A stretch of 64,000 bases of DNA, taken from the sequence record PQ850618.1; one strand, 5' to 3'. Positions 47,529 to 57,087 of this stretch are shown here, piece after piece. Source of the DNA: Escherichia phage ManiWeber_Bas99. The position numbers and the translations under genes are program-made. The notes beneath the pieces were generated by a model. It saw nothing but the letters and a program-made list of their open reading frames with translations, was not told the DNA's origin and searched no databases. How positions within the stretch are numbered: position 1 is the stretch's first letter; every line of letters begins with the position of its first letter.

Positions 47529-47675
47529 ATGCAAAGCGAAGAATTGAACATCGAGGTTGAAGGTCTGTTAAAGGCGTTAGAACCTAAACCAGTAGAGCTT
47601 CCGACCCTTCAAGGCGTCATGGCTCACCATCAAGCGGCTGCGGCCCAATACTACTCTGAATTTGTTAAGGAATAA
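47529..47675 (+). CDS. small hypothetical protein (48 aa)
   Basis: Strong SD AGAGGTGG; tightly packed with the next gene; not in the ORF track. Confidence 0.4.
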   Translation: MQSEELNIEVEGLLKALEPKPVELPTLQGVMAHHQAAAAQYYSEFVKE

Positions 47676-47678
47676 AAG

Positions 47679-47969
47679 ATGAACGAACCAAAAATGATGA
47701 CTGTTGAAGAAGCGCAAAAGCTTCGTGTTGAAAACGAGCTTAAGCTTGTCAACCAGATTCTTCCCTTGTTTGCAGGCTACGCAGTGGAAGAAGTTGTTGG
47801 TGCAATCCTTAACGTATCCACGCATGTAGCTATGAATCTCCAGGCCGAACGATTCAACACGCTGCTGACTATTAAAAACCTTACGGTCAGTGCAACATTC
47901 ACCGTTGAGCCAGTCAATTTTGACGAAGCTTCAGCCGCGATTCAACAGCAAAGAGATCAAGAGGTGTAG
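47679..47969 (+). CDS. hypothetical protein
   Basis: 96 aa ORF. Confidence 0.45.
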   Translation: MNEPKMMTVEEAQKLRVENELKLVNQILPLFAGYAVEEVVGAILNVSTHVAMNLQAERFNTLLTIKNLTVSATFTVEPVNFDEASAAIQQQRDQEV

Positions 47970-47970
47970 C

Positions 47971-48234
47971 ATGGGCGCTTTCCGTAACGAGTTCATCTGG
48001 AACGTTACCAGCAATCTCTCGACTTGTCCTAACTGTGCGAGCGATGTTATCAAGGTGCGGCAGCATCGCAACGCGGAGGAAGGTGCCTGGGAAGATGGCG
48101 ACCTTGTAGAGTGCCAGTGCTGCTCTCATGAAGGTGTTGTTGAGCTTCAAGCTGGTGAAGGTTGCCCACCAGCAGAACGCACGGCACGCGTTGAATGGGA
48201 TGCGACAGACTCCATTGGTGATCCTCAACAGTAA
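47971..48234 (+). CDS. Cys-rich zinc-ribbon-like protein
   Basis: ATG at 47971; CPNC...CQCCSH...C cysteine pattern. Confidence 0.45.
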   Translation: MGAFRNEFIWNVTSNLSTCPNCASDVIKVRQHRNAEEGAWEDGDLVECQCCSHEGVVELQAGEGCPPAERTARVEWDATDSIGDPQQ

Positions 48235-48252
48235 ATTTAGGTATAGATACTT

Positions 48253-48357
48253 ATGAAAGCCGTAAAGAAATACACATTAATCATTTCCCTTGTCATCATC
48301 CTGGGGCTATTATATGTATTGGATATGGCATATTATTTGGCAGGGGTGAGTGGATGA
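48253..48357 (+). CDS. small single-pass membrane peptide (34 aa)
   Basis: MKAVKKYTLIISLVIILGLLYVLDMAYYLAGVSG; stop overlaps the next start; not in the ORF track. Confidence 0.3.
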   Translation: MKAVKKYTLIISLVIILGLLYVLDMAYYLAGVSG

Positions 48358-48644
48358 ATATTGTAATTCTTTATGGTGAAAATATCAGCGATGACGACAT
48401 CGAAGTTGCCGTTGATGTTTACGGTATCGATGAGGTGAAACGTGTTGAAGAAATTAGTGGCGCAAATCTCAATGAGATTGTCAAAGAAACTGGCTGCCCT
48501 TCGGAAGAGATTCTGGTGGTTACTAACGATGACCTGTCTTCTATGGATCATTTGCGCCGCATCTTCACCGATTGCCAATACCTTCATGCTGTTCAATCAG
48601 TAAACAAATTGAGAAAGGCATACGCCAACCAATTTCCTTGCTGA
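48354..48644 (+). CDS. hypothetical protein
   Basis: 96 aa ORF followed by a terminator. Confidence 0.45.
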   Translation: MNIVILYGENISDDDIEVAVDVYGIDEVKRVEEISGANLNEIVKETGCPSEEILVVTNDDLSSMDHLRRIFTDCQYLHAVQSVNKLRKAYANQFPC

Positions 48645-48696
48645 TAGTTCACCAGTTATATTGCTTTAAATTGAGTTTTACTATATTAATATACAA

Positions 48697-48719
48697 CGCC
48701 AGATTTCTGGCGTTTATTT
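48697..48719 (+). terminator. rho-independent terminator
   Basis: CGCCAGA-TT-TCTGGCG hairpin followed by TTTATTT. Confidence 0.5.
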
Positions 48720-48780
48720 ACCGCACCCTGAAAGGATATATCCATGCAACAATATAACAAAGCCGTATCAGGAGGATTAA

Positions 48781-50451
48781 ATGTCAATTAATAATGACAA
48801 TCTTCCAGAGGATACAGGTGATGAATTTGGTGCAATCTTTGACGAAATTCAAGATGCAGGCGTTTCGGAAGAAATGCAGGCAGCAGAGCAGCAAGGCACC
48901 AGAGCTAAAATCAGCCTTCAACATAAAGCCGTTGAAAAAGATTCAGAGCGCATGGAATGCTACGGTGAAGAAGACTTGGTTGAAAGAGCACGCTTGCTCG
49001 CCTCACTTCAGGTAATCAAGTTCCCTCACTACAAGCCTACCAAAGATGACTTCGTTCTACAGGCAGACCGGACGAGTGACATGAACCGTTATGCGGTTTT
49101 CGACGCGTTGTTTGATAAGGGAAGTGGCATTGTTCCATTCCCTCACAAAGATACTTTTCGTGGGCGCTTAGTCGACCATCGCGGCGAAACATTCACTGAC
49201 CGTACCTTGGAAGTCACAGAGATAGTTGCCGCTGTCGACGCAGCAGGGCTGTCCAACCCAAACTCACGTCAGGTCGCTCAATCCTATAAGGAATGGGCCA
49301 TGCGTTATCAGCGCGACGACCTGATGGACTTCTTCTACAAGAAGCTGCCTGAATGGGACGGTACTGCGCGCATCGAGAAATACCTTATCGAGCTATTCCG
49401 ACCGTTCGATACAGAGTTAAACCGACGAATCGGTGTGTATTTTTGGCTATCGCTCTATAACCGCCTGACCAACCCTGGCTGTCAAGCGCCAATCTCCATC
49501 GCGCTCATCGGCGGCCAGAACGCAGGGAAGAGTTATTTTAGCAAGCTGCTTTGCGAAGCTATTATGAACGACCGCCACGCAACACCGATTCCGTTGAACT
49601 TAGCCGCGCAAAACTTCAACCCGTTCTTGCGCGCCATCACGGGTCGCTCCATTATCGCGAACGTTGGCGAGATGACAGGCTTTAAAAAGGCTGACATCGA
49701 AAACATGAAAGCATTCCTGACTAAGACGGAAGACGACCTGGACTTCAAATTTGAAGATACACAGGTTAAACCACGCCAGTGGATTGCTATTATGGACGGC
49801 AACGAATACGCAGGCATGCAGCGTGATGACACGGGCAACCGTCGTGTGTATCCTATCTTTGTTGGCCAACTTGCCGACAAGGACGGGCAGCCGAACTGGT
49901 CGAAAGACTTCCAAGCTGACCTTTCCACTTTGAAAGAAGACGTTTGGCAGTTGATGGCTGAGTGCGCTGCGTGGATGGAGAAGCACGGCGAAGCAGGCTA
50001 TAACGCGTTTGTTGGTGAAACATCTCGCATGCTTACTGAGTTCAGTAAAAACGAAATGGAACGCGCTCGCGGCGTTATCCGTGATGAGATGGTTGACAAC
50101 GACCTTGTTGAAGTCGTCATCACCGCGCCTTATGACCGACATCACAGCGGACGCTGGCACATCACCAGTGGTGCTATTGCTATGGGATTCAGAGCGAAGT
50201 GTGGCAAGTCGCCTTTCTCTCGTACCCTTGCGCCACACATGTCGAAGCTTGGTTTTGAGCCTGCAACCTATCGCAACCAGCGCGGTTACTTTACGCCGCT
50301 GATTAAGAATGAAGCAGGAGAATACATTTCTGATTTGATGACCATCTTAGCGTATCTTATTCGCGATGAGTCTGACCCTGAAGATATTGAATTCTTGAAG
50401 AAGGTTATCGAGCGTAAACGTTCTTTGGGAAGAGATAAGGATGAATTCTGA
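48781..50451 (+). CDS. P-loop NTPase, primase-associated helicase candidate
   Basis: 556 aa; Walker A GGQNAGKS; resembles P4-alpha/VirE-type helicase regions (from memory); same operon as the primase. Confidence 0.55.
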   Translation: MSINNDNLPEDTGDEFGAIFDEIQDAGVSEEMQAAEQQGTRAKISLQHKAVEKDSERMECYGEEDLVERARLLASLQVIKFPHYKPTKDDFVLQADRTSDMNRYAVFDALFDKGSGIVPFPHKDTFRGRLVDHRGETFTDRTLEVTEIVAAVDAAGLSNPNSRQVAQSYKEWAMRYQRDDLMDFFYKKLPEWDGTARIEKYLIELFRPFDTELNRRIGVYFWLSLYNRLTNPGCQAPISIALIGGQNAGKSYFSKLLCEAIMNDRHATPIPLNLAAQNFNPFLRAITGRSIIANVGEMTGFKKADIENMKAFLTKTEDDLDFKFEDTQVKPRQWIAIMDGNEYAGMQRDDTGNRRVYPIFVGQLADKDGQPNWSKDFQADLSTLKEDVWQLMAECAAWMEKHGEAGYNAFVGETSRMLTEFSKNEMERARGVIRDEMVDNDLVEVVITAPYDRHHSGRWHITSGAIAMGFRAKCGKSPFSRTLAPHMSKLGFEPATYRNQRGYFTPLIKNEAGEYISDLMTILAYLIRDESDPEDIEFLKKVIERKRSLGRDKDEF

Positions 50452-51098
50452 TGAATAAAGCAATCAACATCGCTAAATTCTTTCAACATCTTGGTGAACT
50501 GAACAAAGAAAGTGATGTTCATGGCGAAGAAATGAACCGGATGATTTCAACCGTGTTGCGTGGCTTTGGTTATGATAAGGACTCAATCACTTGCAAGCGC
50601 ACAAAGCTTGTCGATGAGTCTTATCTTTACTACGTAGAGTTGCGCATCGGGAAAGATGTGATGATCATTGACCCTAAACTGGAAGGGGCGCACTGTTTTG
50701 GCGCTCACCCTCGTGCGAGTGAATTCAAGGGTCGCGGTCGCAACCGAATCCAAAAGCTTGATGATGCAGGCGACTTGAACATTGCTATGTTCCTTAAAGA
50801 GTTCCTTGCGCTACCGAAGGTTGCATCATCCACTGGTCGTGATGACCCTTGCAAGATTGGATTCCGAACTAAAGATTTGCGCAATGCGCTACGCAAGAAG
50901 GGATTTGTGCCTTCTTATGACAATGTCGCCGCGCTGATGGCTTCAATGGAGGAAGCTGAAGCGATGGACAAGGTGCGCGGCTATTTCCTGAATACAGGCT
51001 TCACCATGTATGAATGGCACACGAAGGGATTGACTGTCGCCGACTTCATCTATTCATTAGAGCAGAAGTATGTACGCAATATGCAGGCCACAGGATAA
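50451..51098 (+). CDS. hypothetical protein
   Basis: 215 aa ORF with overlapping start/stop. Confidence 0.45.
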   Translation: MNKAINIAKFFQHLGELNKESDVHGEEMNRMISTVLRGFGYDKDSITCKRTKLVDESYLYYVELRIGKDVMIIDPKLEGAHCFGAHPRASEFKGRGRNRIQKLDDAGDLNIAMFLKEFLALPKVASSTGRDDPCKIGFRTKDLRNALRKKGFVPSYDNVAALMASMEEAEAMDKVRGYFLNTGFTMYEWHTKGLTVADFIYSLEQKYVRNMQATG

Positions 51099-51137
51099 TT
51101 ATCATCAAAATATTTGCTTTTCTGACGAGGTGATATT

Positions 51138-51362
51138 ATGATTAATTTAGACAGGATTGAGTTAGCACTTAGTACCTTAATCAAATATTACCAGTTTGCT
51201 TTTAAGGCTAGTTTGTTTGGCTTGTTCAATCCTCATCAAGCAGCAAAGGCGCGAAGCAATGCCAACCGCCTGCGCTGCACTGGTATAGTCATCCATGACC
51301 GGATATTGACAGAGGGTAGATTCAGCCATGAATACACAGGGGAGAATAACAAATCAACGTAG
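51138..51362 (+). CDS. hypothetical protein
   Basis: ATG preceded by GAGGTGA; 74 aa. Confidence 0.4.
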   Translation: MINLDRIELALSTLIKYYQFAFKASLFGLFNPHQAAKARSNANRLRCTGIVIHDRILTEGRFSHEYTGENNKST

Positions 51363-51537
51363 GGCTTTACAAGTCCTCATCCACTACCTGTCACGCCTTT
51401 ATCCAACGGCGCACGAGCAGAATCCAGAAACTGGTCATCTGTTTAAGCGCCGTAACCTTTCGCTAAAAACATTCGCTTTAATCCAATATGACCGCTACCT
51501 GGACGGGCGCTACTGCGGCCCGAAGGATTCTCTATGA
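51328..51537 (+). CDS. hypothetical protein
   Basis: 69 aa ORF overlapping the previous ORF; start uncertain. Confidence 0.3.
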   Translation: MNTQGRITNQRRALQVLIHYLSRLYPTAHEQNPETGHLFKRRNLSLKTFALIQYDRYLDGRYCGPKDSL

Positions 51538-51812
51538 TTACTACATACAAAGTATTCTTTGTCAAGTGCACATCATCTATTGATGACCAATTTACTGCTG
51601 GCAAGAATTATCCCGTGATTTCTGAGTCAAAGCTAGATATAATCTTGAACGATCATGAAATCTATGAGCCGATGCCAGCGACTGCGTTTGATGTTATCGG
51701 TCACGTTCGGATTAAGACTAATGTTGATACGATGCATGATCCGTTGTTCAAGAAGCAAATCAAGAATGCCATGCAAGACTTTTGCGCGGCCATGTTTAAA
51801 TATTATAAGTGA
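51534..51812 (+). CDS. hypothetical protein
   Basis: 92 aa ORF. Confidence 0.45.
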   Translation: MITTYKVFFVKCTSSIDDQFTAGKNYPVISESKLDIILNDHEIYEPMPATAFDVIGHVRIKTNVDTMHDPLFKKQIKNAMQDFCAAMFKYYK

Positions 51813-51819
51813 GTTGAAG

Positions 51820-52041
51820 ATGAGCAAGAAAACCCTTAAGGCTGGCGACCGTATCCGTTGGGTGTCAGGACAGCACATGCGTGCCGGCACCATCCTTGAG
51901 CTGGATGAATACCTTACCGATTCTCGCGGTCGCAATCATTACCGTGTAAGAATCGATACAGTAAAAGAAGATGACAAATCAATGGTTGGTGAAGTGGTCA
52001 TCGTTACTCCACGTCAAATTAAGGCGGCTTGTGAAGCATGA
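51820..52041 (+). CDS. hypothetical protein
   Basis: ATG at 51820; 73 aa. Confidence 0.45.
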   Translation: MSKKTLKAGDRIRWVSGQHMRAGTILELDEYLTDSRGRNHYRVRIDTVKEDDKSMVGEVVIVTPRQIKAACEA

Positions 52042-52193
52042 ATAAATATCAATTTAGCGATAATAAAATCAGTAAGGCAGATGCAATCAAGCAGCTTCGC
52101 CGCGTACTTGAAGCCAGCGGACATACGAAAGAGCGTGCACGCGTCCTGGCCAAAGAGCATTATAAACGTTTTGTGTCACAAATCAGAGGTTAA
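52038..52193 (+). CDS. small hypothetical protein (51 aa)
   Basis: ATGA overlap with the upstream gene; not in the ORF track. Confidence 0.35.
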   Translation: MNKYQFSDNKISKADAIKQLRRVLEASGHTKERARVLAKEHYKRFVSQIRG

Positions 52194-52195
52194 TT

Positions 52196-52687
52196 ATGAT
52201 CATTCATCGCCCTTTAATGTTAAACAAAGAAGAGTGTGAAGAAATTTTACACGCATTGAGACGTGCAGAGGCAGATGTCAACATTCGTGTAAAGGTAAGA
52301 AACTTTATCATGAATGAGTTTAAAAGTTTTGATGTTGACTATGCCATCGATGAATTACTGAAGCGAAACGTCAAGGGTGCAACAAGACCTATTCACCATC
52401 AATCACGTTGCGTAAGAGTTCCTATTAAAACTTATGTTGATAAAAAGCCGCGCCTTAAGCCAATTGACATATTTGACATAAAGAACGGCGACTCAATCAT
52501 AAGCAAGGACGCGGAAGAGGGTGCAATTCCTGTCAATGGCCGAGTGATTCACGTGTCGCACGATGCTGATCAGACTTTAATTCAATGGGTAAGGTTTGAT
52601 AACACTGGCGGCGGCAAATATCGCTACTATGGCGACGAGCGATTCACCACTAAATTCTATAAGGTACTCGACCATGGCTCATGTTAA
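52196..52687 (+). CDS. hypothetical protein
   Basis: 163 aa ORF. Confidence 0.45.
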   Translation: MIIHRPLMLNKEECEEILHALRRAEADVNIRVKVRNFIMNEFKSFDVDYAIDELLKRNVKGATRPIHHQSRCVRVPIKTYVDKKPRLKPIDIFDIKNGDSIISKDAEEGAIPVNGRVIHVSHDADQTLIQWVRFDNTGGGKYRYYGDERFTTKFYKVLDHGSC

Positions 52688-53021
52688 AGACGAAGTGTTG
52701 TTTGGCGCAGAGATTAAGAAACGTGTCAGAGAAATGGCAGGAGAAGAAAGAATGAAGTTGCTGCGAAAAGGTTTTGATCACATCAATGGCGTATCCGGCA
52801 CGAAGGAGATGGGCGTGTTGGTAAAAGACATTCGCATTGGCGATGTCATGGTCATCGACCGACAAGCGCGCGTCGTTATCCAGGTACAGCCGAACGATGA
52901 TGAAGGTTGTGTCCTATTGAAGTTGAAGAAGCTTTCATCAAGCCCAGCGAAGGCCGTCATCAAGAAGGTATGGCCCGAAGGATTGCGCAAACTCATTCGT
53001 CGACCAGTGGAGAATGTATAA
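52674..53021 (+). CDS. hypothetical protein
   Basis: ATG at 52674; 115 aa. Confidence 0.45.
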   Translation: MAHVKDEVLFGAEIKKRVREMAGEERMKLLRKGFDHINGVSGTKEMGVLVKDIRIGDVMVIDRQARVVIQVQPNDDEGCVLLKLKKLSSSPAKAVIKKVWPEGLRKLIRRPVENV

Positions 53022-53257
53022 TGGAAGATTATATCAACGCTATGTATATGGCATTCTATGTCGTGCAACTTCCGAATGGCGCGGTATTCTATGGCGAGTA
53101 TACCTTTGACGTTCAATATGACGTTTCAGAGCGTACAGTGTTAACAAGGGAGTTGATTGCGGACCTTAAGGACGACATCAAACGCGTCGCGCGGCAGCAG
53201 TTCAATTTGGATGACACGGTCATCGTTCGAATTACCGGAATAACAGAGGTGCAGTGA
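53021..53257 (+). CDS. hypothetical protein
   Basis: ATG overlapping the upstream stop (TAATG); 78 aa. Confidence 0.45.
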   Translation: MEDYINAMYMAFYVVQLPNGAVFYGEYTFDVQYDVSERTVLTRELIADLKDDIKRVARQQFNLDDTVIVRITGITEVQ

Positions 53258-53586
53258 TGACCCGTGATCAGATACTCGCCGCGCATGAGCGTGAAAAGGT
53301 GAAAGAAATCTGGAAAAGACACAACGCCTTTGCCGAGTCCTATTACTTCTTAAAGAGGTGCATAAAAGAGAATGTGAGGATGGGCGATACCGTTTTGACA
53401 TTTAACATTTTGTCTTATGGTAATAAGCTTAATGCAATATATGCTTGTCGACTAGCCAACATGAAGTTCGATAGAGGAGGTGACGGAGAGTTGACCATCT
53501 ATCGATTCTCTCACCGGACGGGTGATACAAAGATAACAAGGACACGTGACCAGATAGAGATTGACCTACTCCACTATGTAAAATGA
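53254..53586 (+). CDS. hypothetical protein
   Basis: 110 aa ORF followed by a terminator. Confidence 0.45.
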   Translation: MMTRDQILAAHEREKVKEIWKRHNAFAESYYFLKRCIKENVRMGDTVLTFNILSYGNKLNAIYACRLANMKFDRGGDGELTIYRFSHRTGDTKITRTRDQIEIDLLHYVK

Positions 53587-53594
53587 ATATCAAA

Positions 53595-53625
53595 AAAGGT
53601 GAGCTAAATGCTTGCCTTTTCTTTT
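53595..53625 (+). terminator. rho-independent terminator (copy 1 of a duplicated cassette)
   Basis: AAAGGUGAGC-UAAAU-GCUUGCCUUU (two G-U pairs) followed by UCUUUU. Confidence 0.5.
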
Positions 53626-53640
53626 ATCAATACTTATACT
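53612..53640 (+). promoter_or_regulatory. sigma70-like promoter (TTGCCT-17-TATACT) overlapping the terminator
   Basis: The -35 lies inside the terminator 3' arm; -10 TATACT at 53635-53640. Confidence 0.4.
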
Positions 53641-53671
53641 CTTTTCATCAAGATGAAAAGCGAGGTGAATT

Positions 53672-53989
53672 ATGATTTACTTAGGAATGGACGAAGATGC
53701 GCACAAAGACCTTTCAAGGGTGCCAAACGTTAAGTTAGACACAGCTGTACACATCAAGCCTTGGCCAATCGCCCACCCTGACGTAGTTGTACCAGTCGCG
53801 CCTGGCACGCGTTACGTGGCCATTGATGACGACGGAGTGATTCACTGTTATTCGGAAAAACCAAAGTATATAAAGCAATATCACGGTTGGTTTTTGGACG
53901 AGCGTGCAATGGCGCGTTACTGCGGCGAAGTCGGACTGGAAGGCTGGAGCTTCGAGGCTAGTGAATCGTGTGTCGAGGTGCAATTATGA
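53672..53989 (+). CDS. hypothetical protein
   Basis: 105 aa ORF. Confidence 0.45.
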   Translation: MIYLGMDEDAHKDLSRVPNVKLDTAVHIKPWPIAHPDVVVPVAPGTRYVAIDDDGVIHCYSEKPKYIKQYHGWFLDERAMARYCGEVGLEGWSFEASESCVEVQL

Positions 53990-54204
53990 ATGCCGCGCTG
54001 GGTAAGTTGTCTTTCAATAAACGCAACGAGTTGCGCATGGTGTCGGCTTTTCAGCGCACCCTTAATGCCATGTCAAGCGTTGCCATCACGATGCTTCGCG
54101 CTGATTGCCCTGCTGAAAAGCGTGAGACTTTATTCGAACGTCACCAACAATTACAAAAGGCGGCATTTAAGCTGCAGCAATATGCCATGGAGTATGCAAA
54201 ATGA
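53986..54204 (+). CDS. hypothetical protein
   Basis: ATG at 53986; 72 aa. Confidence 0.4.
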   Translation: MNAALGKLSFNKRNELRMVSAFQRTLNAMSSVAITMLRADCPAEKRETLFERHQQLQKAAFKLQQYAMEYAK

Positions 54205-54584
54205 GAATGAAGCGTTGCCCTTACTGCCACGATGTAATGCACCTTCCACACGAAGAGTTTGTGCAGCACATGACTAACTGTGATAAGAATCCTAATAGCG
54301 AAAGCCAACTTGAAGAAAGAATGTTCTTGGTGTCATTCAAAGCTTCTGCTTATGAAGTGCAACGTTCTTACGGCGCACCAAGTACGATTTACTGTCCAAC
54401 AACATTGAGAAGCGACATCGACTCAATTCAGCTTGCGGCCTGGATTAACGTTAAGGAAGGAATCACGCCGCACTTTATTGCGCGCATCCAATCTCAGATT
54501 CTACAAATCAAGCGCGAATACAACCGTGACATCACTGAAGTGAAGGTGTTGTCTATCACGCCTATGAATAAGGAGTTGCCGTGA
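54201..54584 (+). CDS. zinc-finger-like protein
   Basis: N-terminal CPYCH...H...C motif; 127 aa. Confidence 0.45.
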   Translation: MRMKRCPYCHDVMHLPHEEFVQHMTNCDKNPNSESQLEERMFLVSFKASAYEVQRSYGAPSTIYCPTTLRSDIDSIQLAAWINVKEGITPHFIARIQSQILQIKREYNRDITEVKVLSITPMNKELP

Positions 54585-54841
54585 ACAAGGGTCCGATGAC
54601 TAAGTTAGCCGTTGCCGCGCGGAAGCTTCGACAAGCCGTTAATGGGTCACGGCCCGTGGTGTTAACACTCGACGACGCAAAGGAACTGGTAGAGCTACTC
54701 GACGAGCACAACCGACGCAAGAATAGAGAGCGCACATTAAAGTACCGCGTCACGCCAGCCGGACGCGAGTGTGAAAAGAAAGCTTACTTGCGGCGGAAGT
54801 TAAGGTCGGTCGGTCTACACGAAGAAGCCGATCAGATTTAA
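54581..54841 (+). CDS. hypothetical basic protein
   Basis: 86 aa ORF followed by a terminator. Confidence 0.45.
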   Translation: MNKGPMTKLAVAARKLRQAVNGSRPVVLTLDDAKELVELLDEHNRRKNRERTLKYRVTPAGRECEKKAYLRRKLRSVGLHEEADQI

Positions 54842-54846
54842 TTCAA

Positions 54847-54877
54847 AAAGGTGAGCTAAGTGCTTGCCTTTTTATTT
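54847..54877 (+). terminator. rho-independent terminator (copy 2 of the duplicated cassette)
   Basis: Near-identical to the 53595 hairpin, followed by TTATTT. Confidence 0.5.
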
Positions 54878-54891
54878 GTCTGTATTATACT
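54864..54891 (+). promoter_or_regulatory. sigma70-like promoter (TTGCCT-16-TATACT) overlapping the terminator
   Basis: Same architecture as the 53612 promoter. Confidence 0.4.
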
Positions 54892-54919
54892 TAATTCATC
54901 AAGCAAAGGAGAGGTTATT

Positions 54920-55225
54920 ATGAGTACCGAAGCGATGAAGAGCAAGTTGTTGAAGGTTATGCAAGCCGCTGTCGAGTGCGGTGCTATTCAGGAGTTCAAA
55001 GAGACGCAAGAAGGCGGTGAGCCAGTATTCTTCTTTAAGAACAAGAAAGGTGCGGCAGCTGCTGTTATGCTCTTGAAGAACAGCGACATGACCTTTATTC
55101 TTTGCGCAGGCGGTTATGACCTTGTTGCCGATGACGCTTACATCACCTGCGCGACGGGCCTTAATCCTATGTTAACGTTTGAGCGTCGCGGTATTCGTGT
55201 TGCGACATTTGGAGGCGTTTTATGA
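54920..55225 (+). CDS. hypothetical protein
   Basis: ATG at 54920 preceded by AGGAGAGG; 101 aa. Confidence 0.5.
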   Translation: MSTEAMKSKLLKVMQAAVECGAIQEFKETQEGGEPVFFFKNKKGAAAAVMLLKNSDMTFILCAGGYDLVADDAYITCATGLNPMLTFERRGIRVATFGGVL

Positions 55226-55407
55226 GTACCGAAGTCCACAACGCATCAGCACTGGTAAGCTTTTACCGCAACAAAGGCGTGTCTCTCGTTAAAACGTCGC
55301 AAGGCATGCTGTTCTTTGGCACGCGATTCCTTAAAGCTTCGGAGCGTGAAACGCTGTCCAAGTTTGATCAGAAAACATTACAAGCAGTTTGGAGACGACA
55401 ACAATGA
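55222..55407 (+). CDS. hypothetical protein
   Basis: 61 aa ORF. Confidence 0.4.
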   Translation: MSTEVHNASALVSFYRNKGVSLVKTSQGMLFFGTRFLKASERETLSKFDQKTLQAVWRRQQ

Positions 55408-55700
55408 AACTAAGTTTAGCACAAGTCCAAACATTATACCGTATGGAAGACGGGACGCGATATATGTTGCGTGGCGATTGCAAGAAGGCTCATGAGAAGC
55501 GCCCATCGCTGTTTCATGACGTCAATGCACCATCAATCCCTGTTTTGTTTCGCCTTGGGCTTGTTGATTGGGCGGTTCAAGGAGAAAAAGACCCAAGGCT
55601 ATATTCATTTGTGGTGATGACAAAGAAGGGTCGCGAGGCATTACAAGGAATTAAAGAGAATATGAGAGGAGGAAAATACTATTATGACATCCAATCTTAA
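55404..55700 (+). CDS. hypothetical protein
   Basis: ATG at 55404; 98 aa. Confidence 0.45.
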   Translation: MKLSLAQVQTLYRMEDGTRYMLRGDCKKAHEKRPSLFHDVNAPSIPVLFRLGLVDWAVQGEKDPRLYSFVVMTKKGREALQGIKENMRGGKYYYDIQS

Positions 55701-55920
55701 AGCCCGTTTATTATTCATCAAGCCGCATGTGCCGTATAAGATTAGTAAGCGCACCTGGCTTAACATTTACAACCGCAGCGGCGACCGTTGTTTGTACAAG
55801 GCAAAGCGGCGCAAGAAGGTATATTTAAAGGCGGTGATGTCCCAGCCCGTCGATGCATTCAACATCGGCGAAAATGAATTGTCAATCGGCTATCAAATTG
55901 AACTAGGAGCAAAGAAATGA
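55684..55920 (+). CDS. hypothetical basic protein
   Basis: 78 aa ORF. Confidence 0.4.
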   Translation: MTSNLKARLLFIKPHVPYKISKRTWLNIYNRSGDRCLYKAKRRKKVYLKAVMSQPVDAFNIGENELSIGYQIELGAKK

Positions 55921-56417
55921 AAATCGAACAACTCGAAGCAGTATTGGAAATGGCTGTAAAGGCAGGCGCAATCAGAAGCTATAGCCGCGAGAAGTCGGAT
56001 GATGCTGCGCACTTTTGTCGCAACTTCTATATTGTCGGCAACCTTAACGACCACTACACCATCGAGTGGTATACTAATATGATGACGCTTAAGTCGCGCA
56101 CCATGGAGCTTTGGTGCAATGACATTTGCTTATCCAACACTCATCCATCCTACGACGTGGCATTGGCATTCTATTACGGAAGTCATCAACCAGTAGCCCA
56201 CATTGGTGAGAAGCATGAGCACTTGAAGAAGCCAGAAGAATCTCATGAAGGTTGGATTGAATGGTCTGGCGGCAAGAATCCGGTGCCTGGTAAAAAGGTC
56301 ATGTTGATGTGGAGGAATGAAGAGAAGTCTTCTTATTCATCCAATTCAGAAGGATGGCTATGGCAGCACAACGGAAGCATTTATGACATTATCGCTTATC
56401 GCGTCGTGGAGGAATAA
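55917..56417 (+). CDS. hypothetical protein with GG-NPVPGK / AYRVV C-terminal domain
   Basis: 166 aa; C-terminal WIEWSGGKNPVPGKKV...IIAYRVVEE shared with the 57299 gene. Confidence 0.45.
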   Translation: MKIEQLEAVLEMAVKAGAIRSYSREKSDDAAHFCRNFYIVGNLNDHYTIEWYTNMMTLKSRTMELWCNDICLSNTHPSYDVALAFYYGSHQPVAHIGEKHEHLKKPEESHEGWIEWSGGKNPVPGKKVMLMWRNEEKSSYSSNSEGWLWQHNGSIYDIIAYRVVEE

Positions 56418-56758
56418 TGGAAGAGCAAGAAGGCCGTGAGCTAACGTTCGACGAGCAAATGCAAGAGCTTCAGCGCACATCGCCGCTGCGCGGTAAGGTT
56501 GTTGACATCGAGGCGAGCGAATCCAATCTCACCCAGTGGCGGCTTAAGTGCACCAGCACAAGCAAGGATATGTTAAGCTTCAAGGTCGGTCAGACCTATT
56601 TGCTTTATGAGGCAAAAGGACTTATTATTGATGGAAGGCAAATTGTCTTCACGGTAGTCAGCGGAATGCGTTGGTTTGTGAAGCGTGATGTCGAGGGCCG
56701 TGACATGTTTGTCGCAGGCTTTCCAGAAACAAGATTCCAATTGGAGAAGGTTAAATGA
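56417..56758 (+). CDS. hypothetical protein
   Basis: 113 aa ORF. Confidence 0.45.
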   Translation: MEEQEGRELTFDEQMQELQRTSPLRGKVVDIEASESNLTQWRLKCTSTSKDMLSFKVGQTYLLYEAKGLIIDGRQIVFTVVSGMRWFVKRDVEGRDMFVAGFPETRFQLEKVK

Positions 56759-57087
56759 AATTGAAATGGTATGTGGACCCTGAGCCGACAGGCTCATACA
56801 GGTCATTCCAACGTCGCGGCTGGCCGATTTGTTACAGCGGCAATCCCGATAAAGAAGACTGCGAGGTGCTTGCCGCGATAGTAAGTCTTAATCATGACGG
56901 CTATGAAGGCCACTACGCGAGAGCAACCAACCTTCGTCTCAAGGTGCGCATCCATTTCAAGGTCGCAGGCGAGGACCGCACCGGACTCTCCAAGGAAGAG
57001 TTCAGCAGCATTGCCGAAGCAAAGGCATGGCTCAAGGCGTTCTACAAGAACAATCCTAAATTTTATCCAACTAAGGGTGCATTATGA
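56755..57087 (+). CDS. hypothetical protein
   Basis: 110 aa ORF. Confidence 0.45.
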   Translation: MKLKWYVDPEPTGSYRSFQRRGWPICYSGNPDKEDCEVLAAIVSLNHDGYEGHYARATNLRLKVRIHFKVAGEDRTGLSKEEFSSIAEAKAWLKAFYKNNPKFYPTKGAL

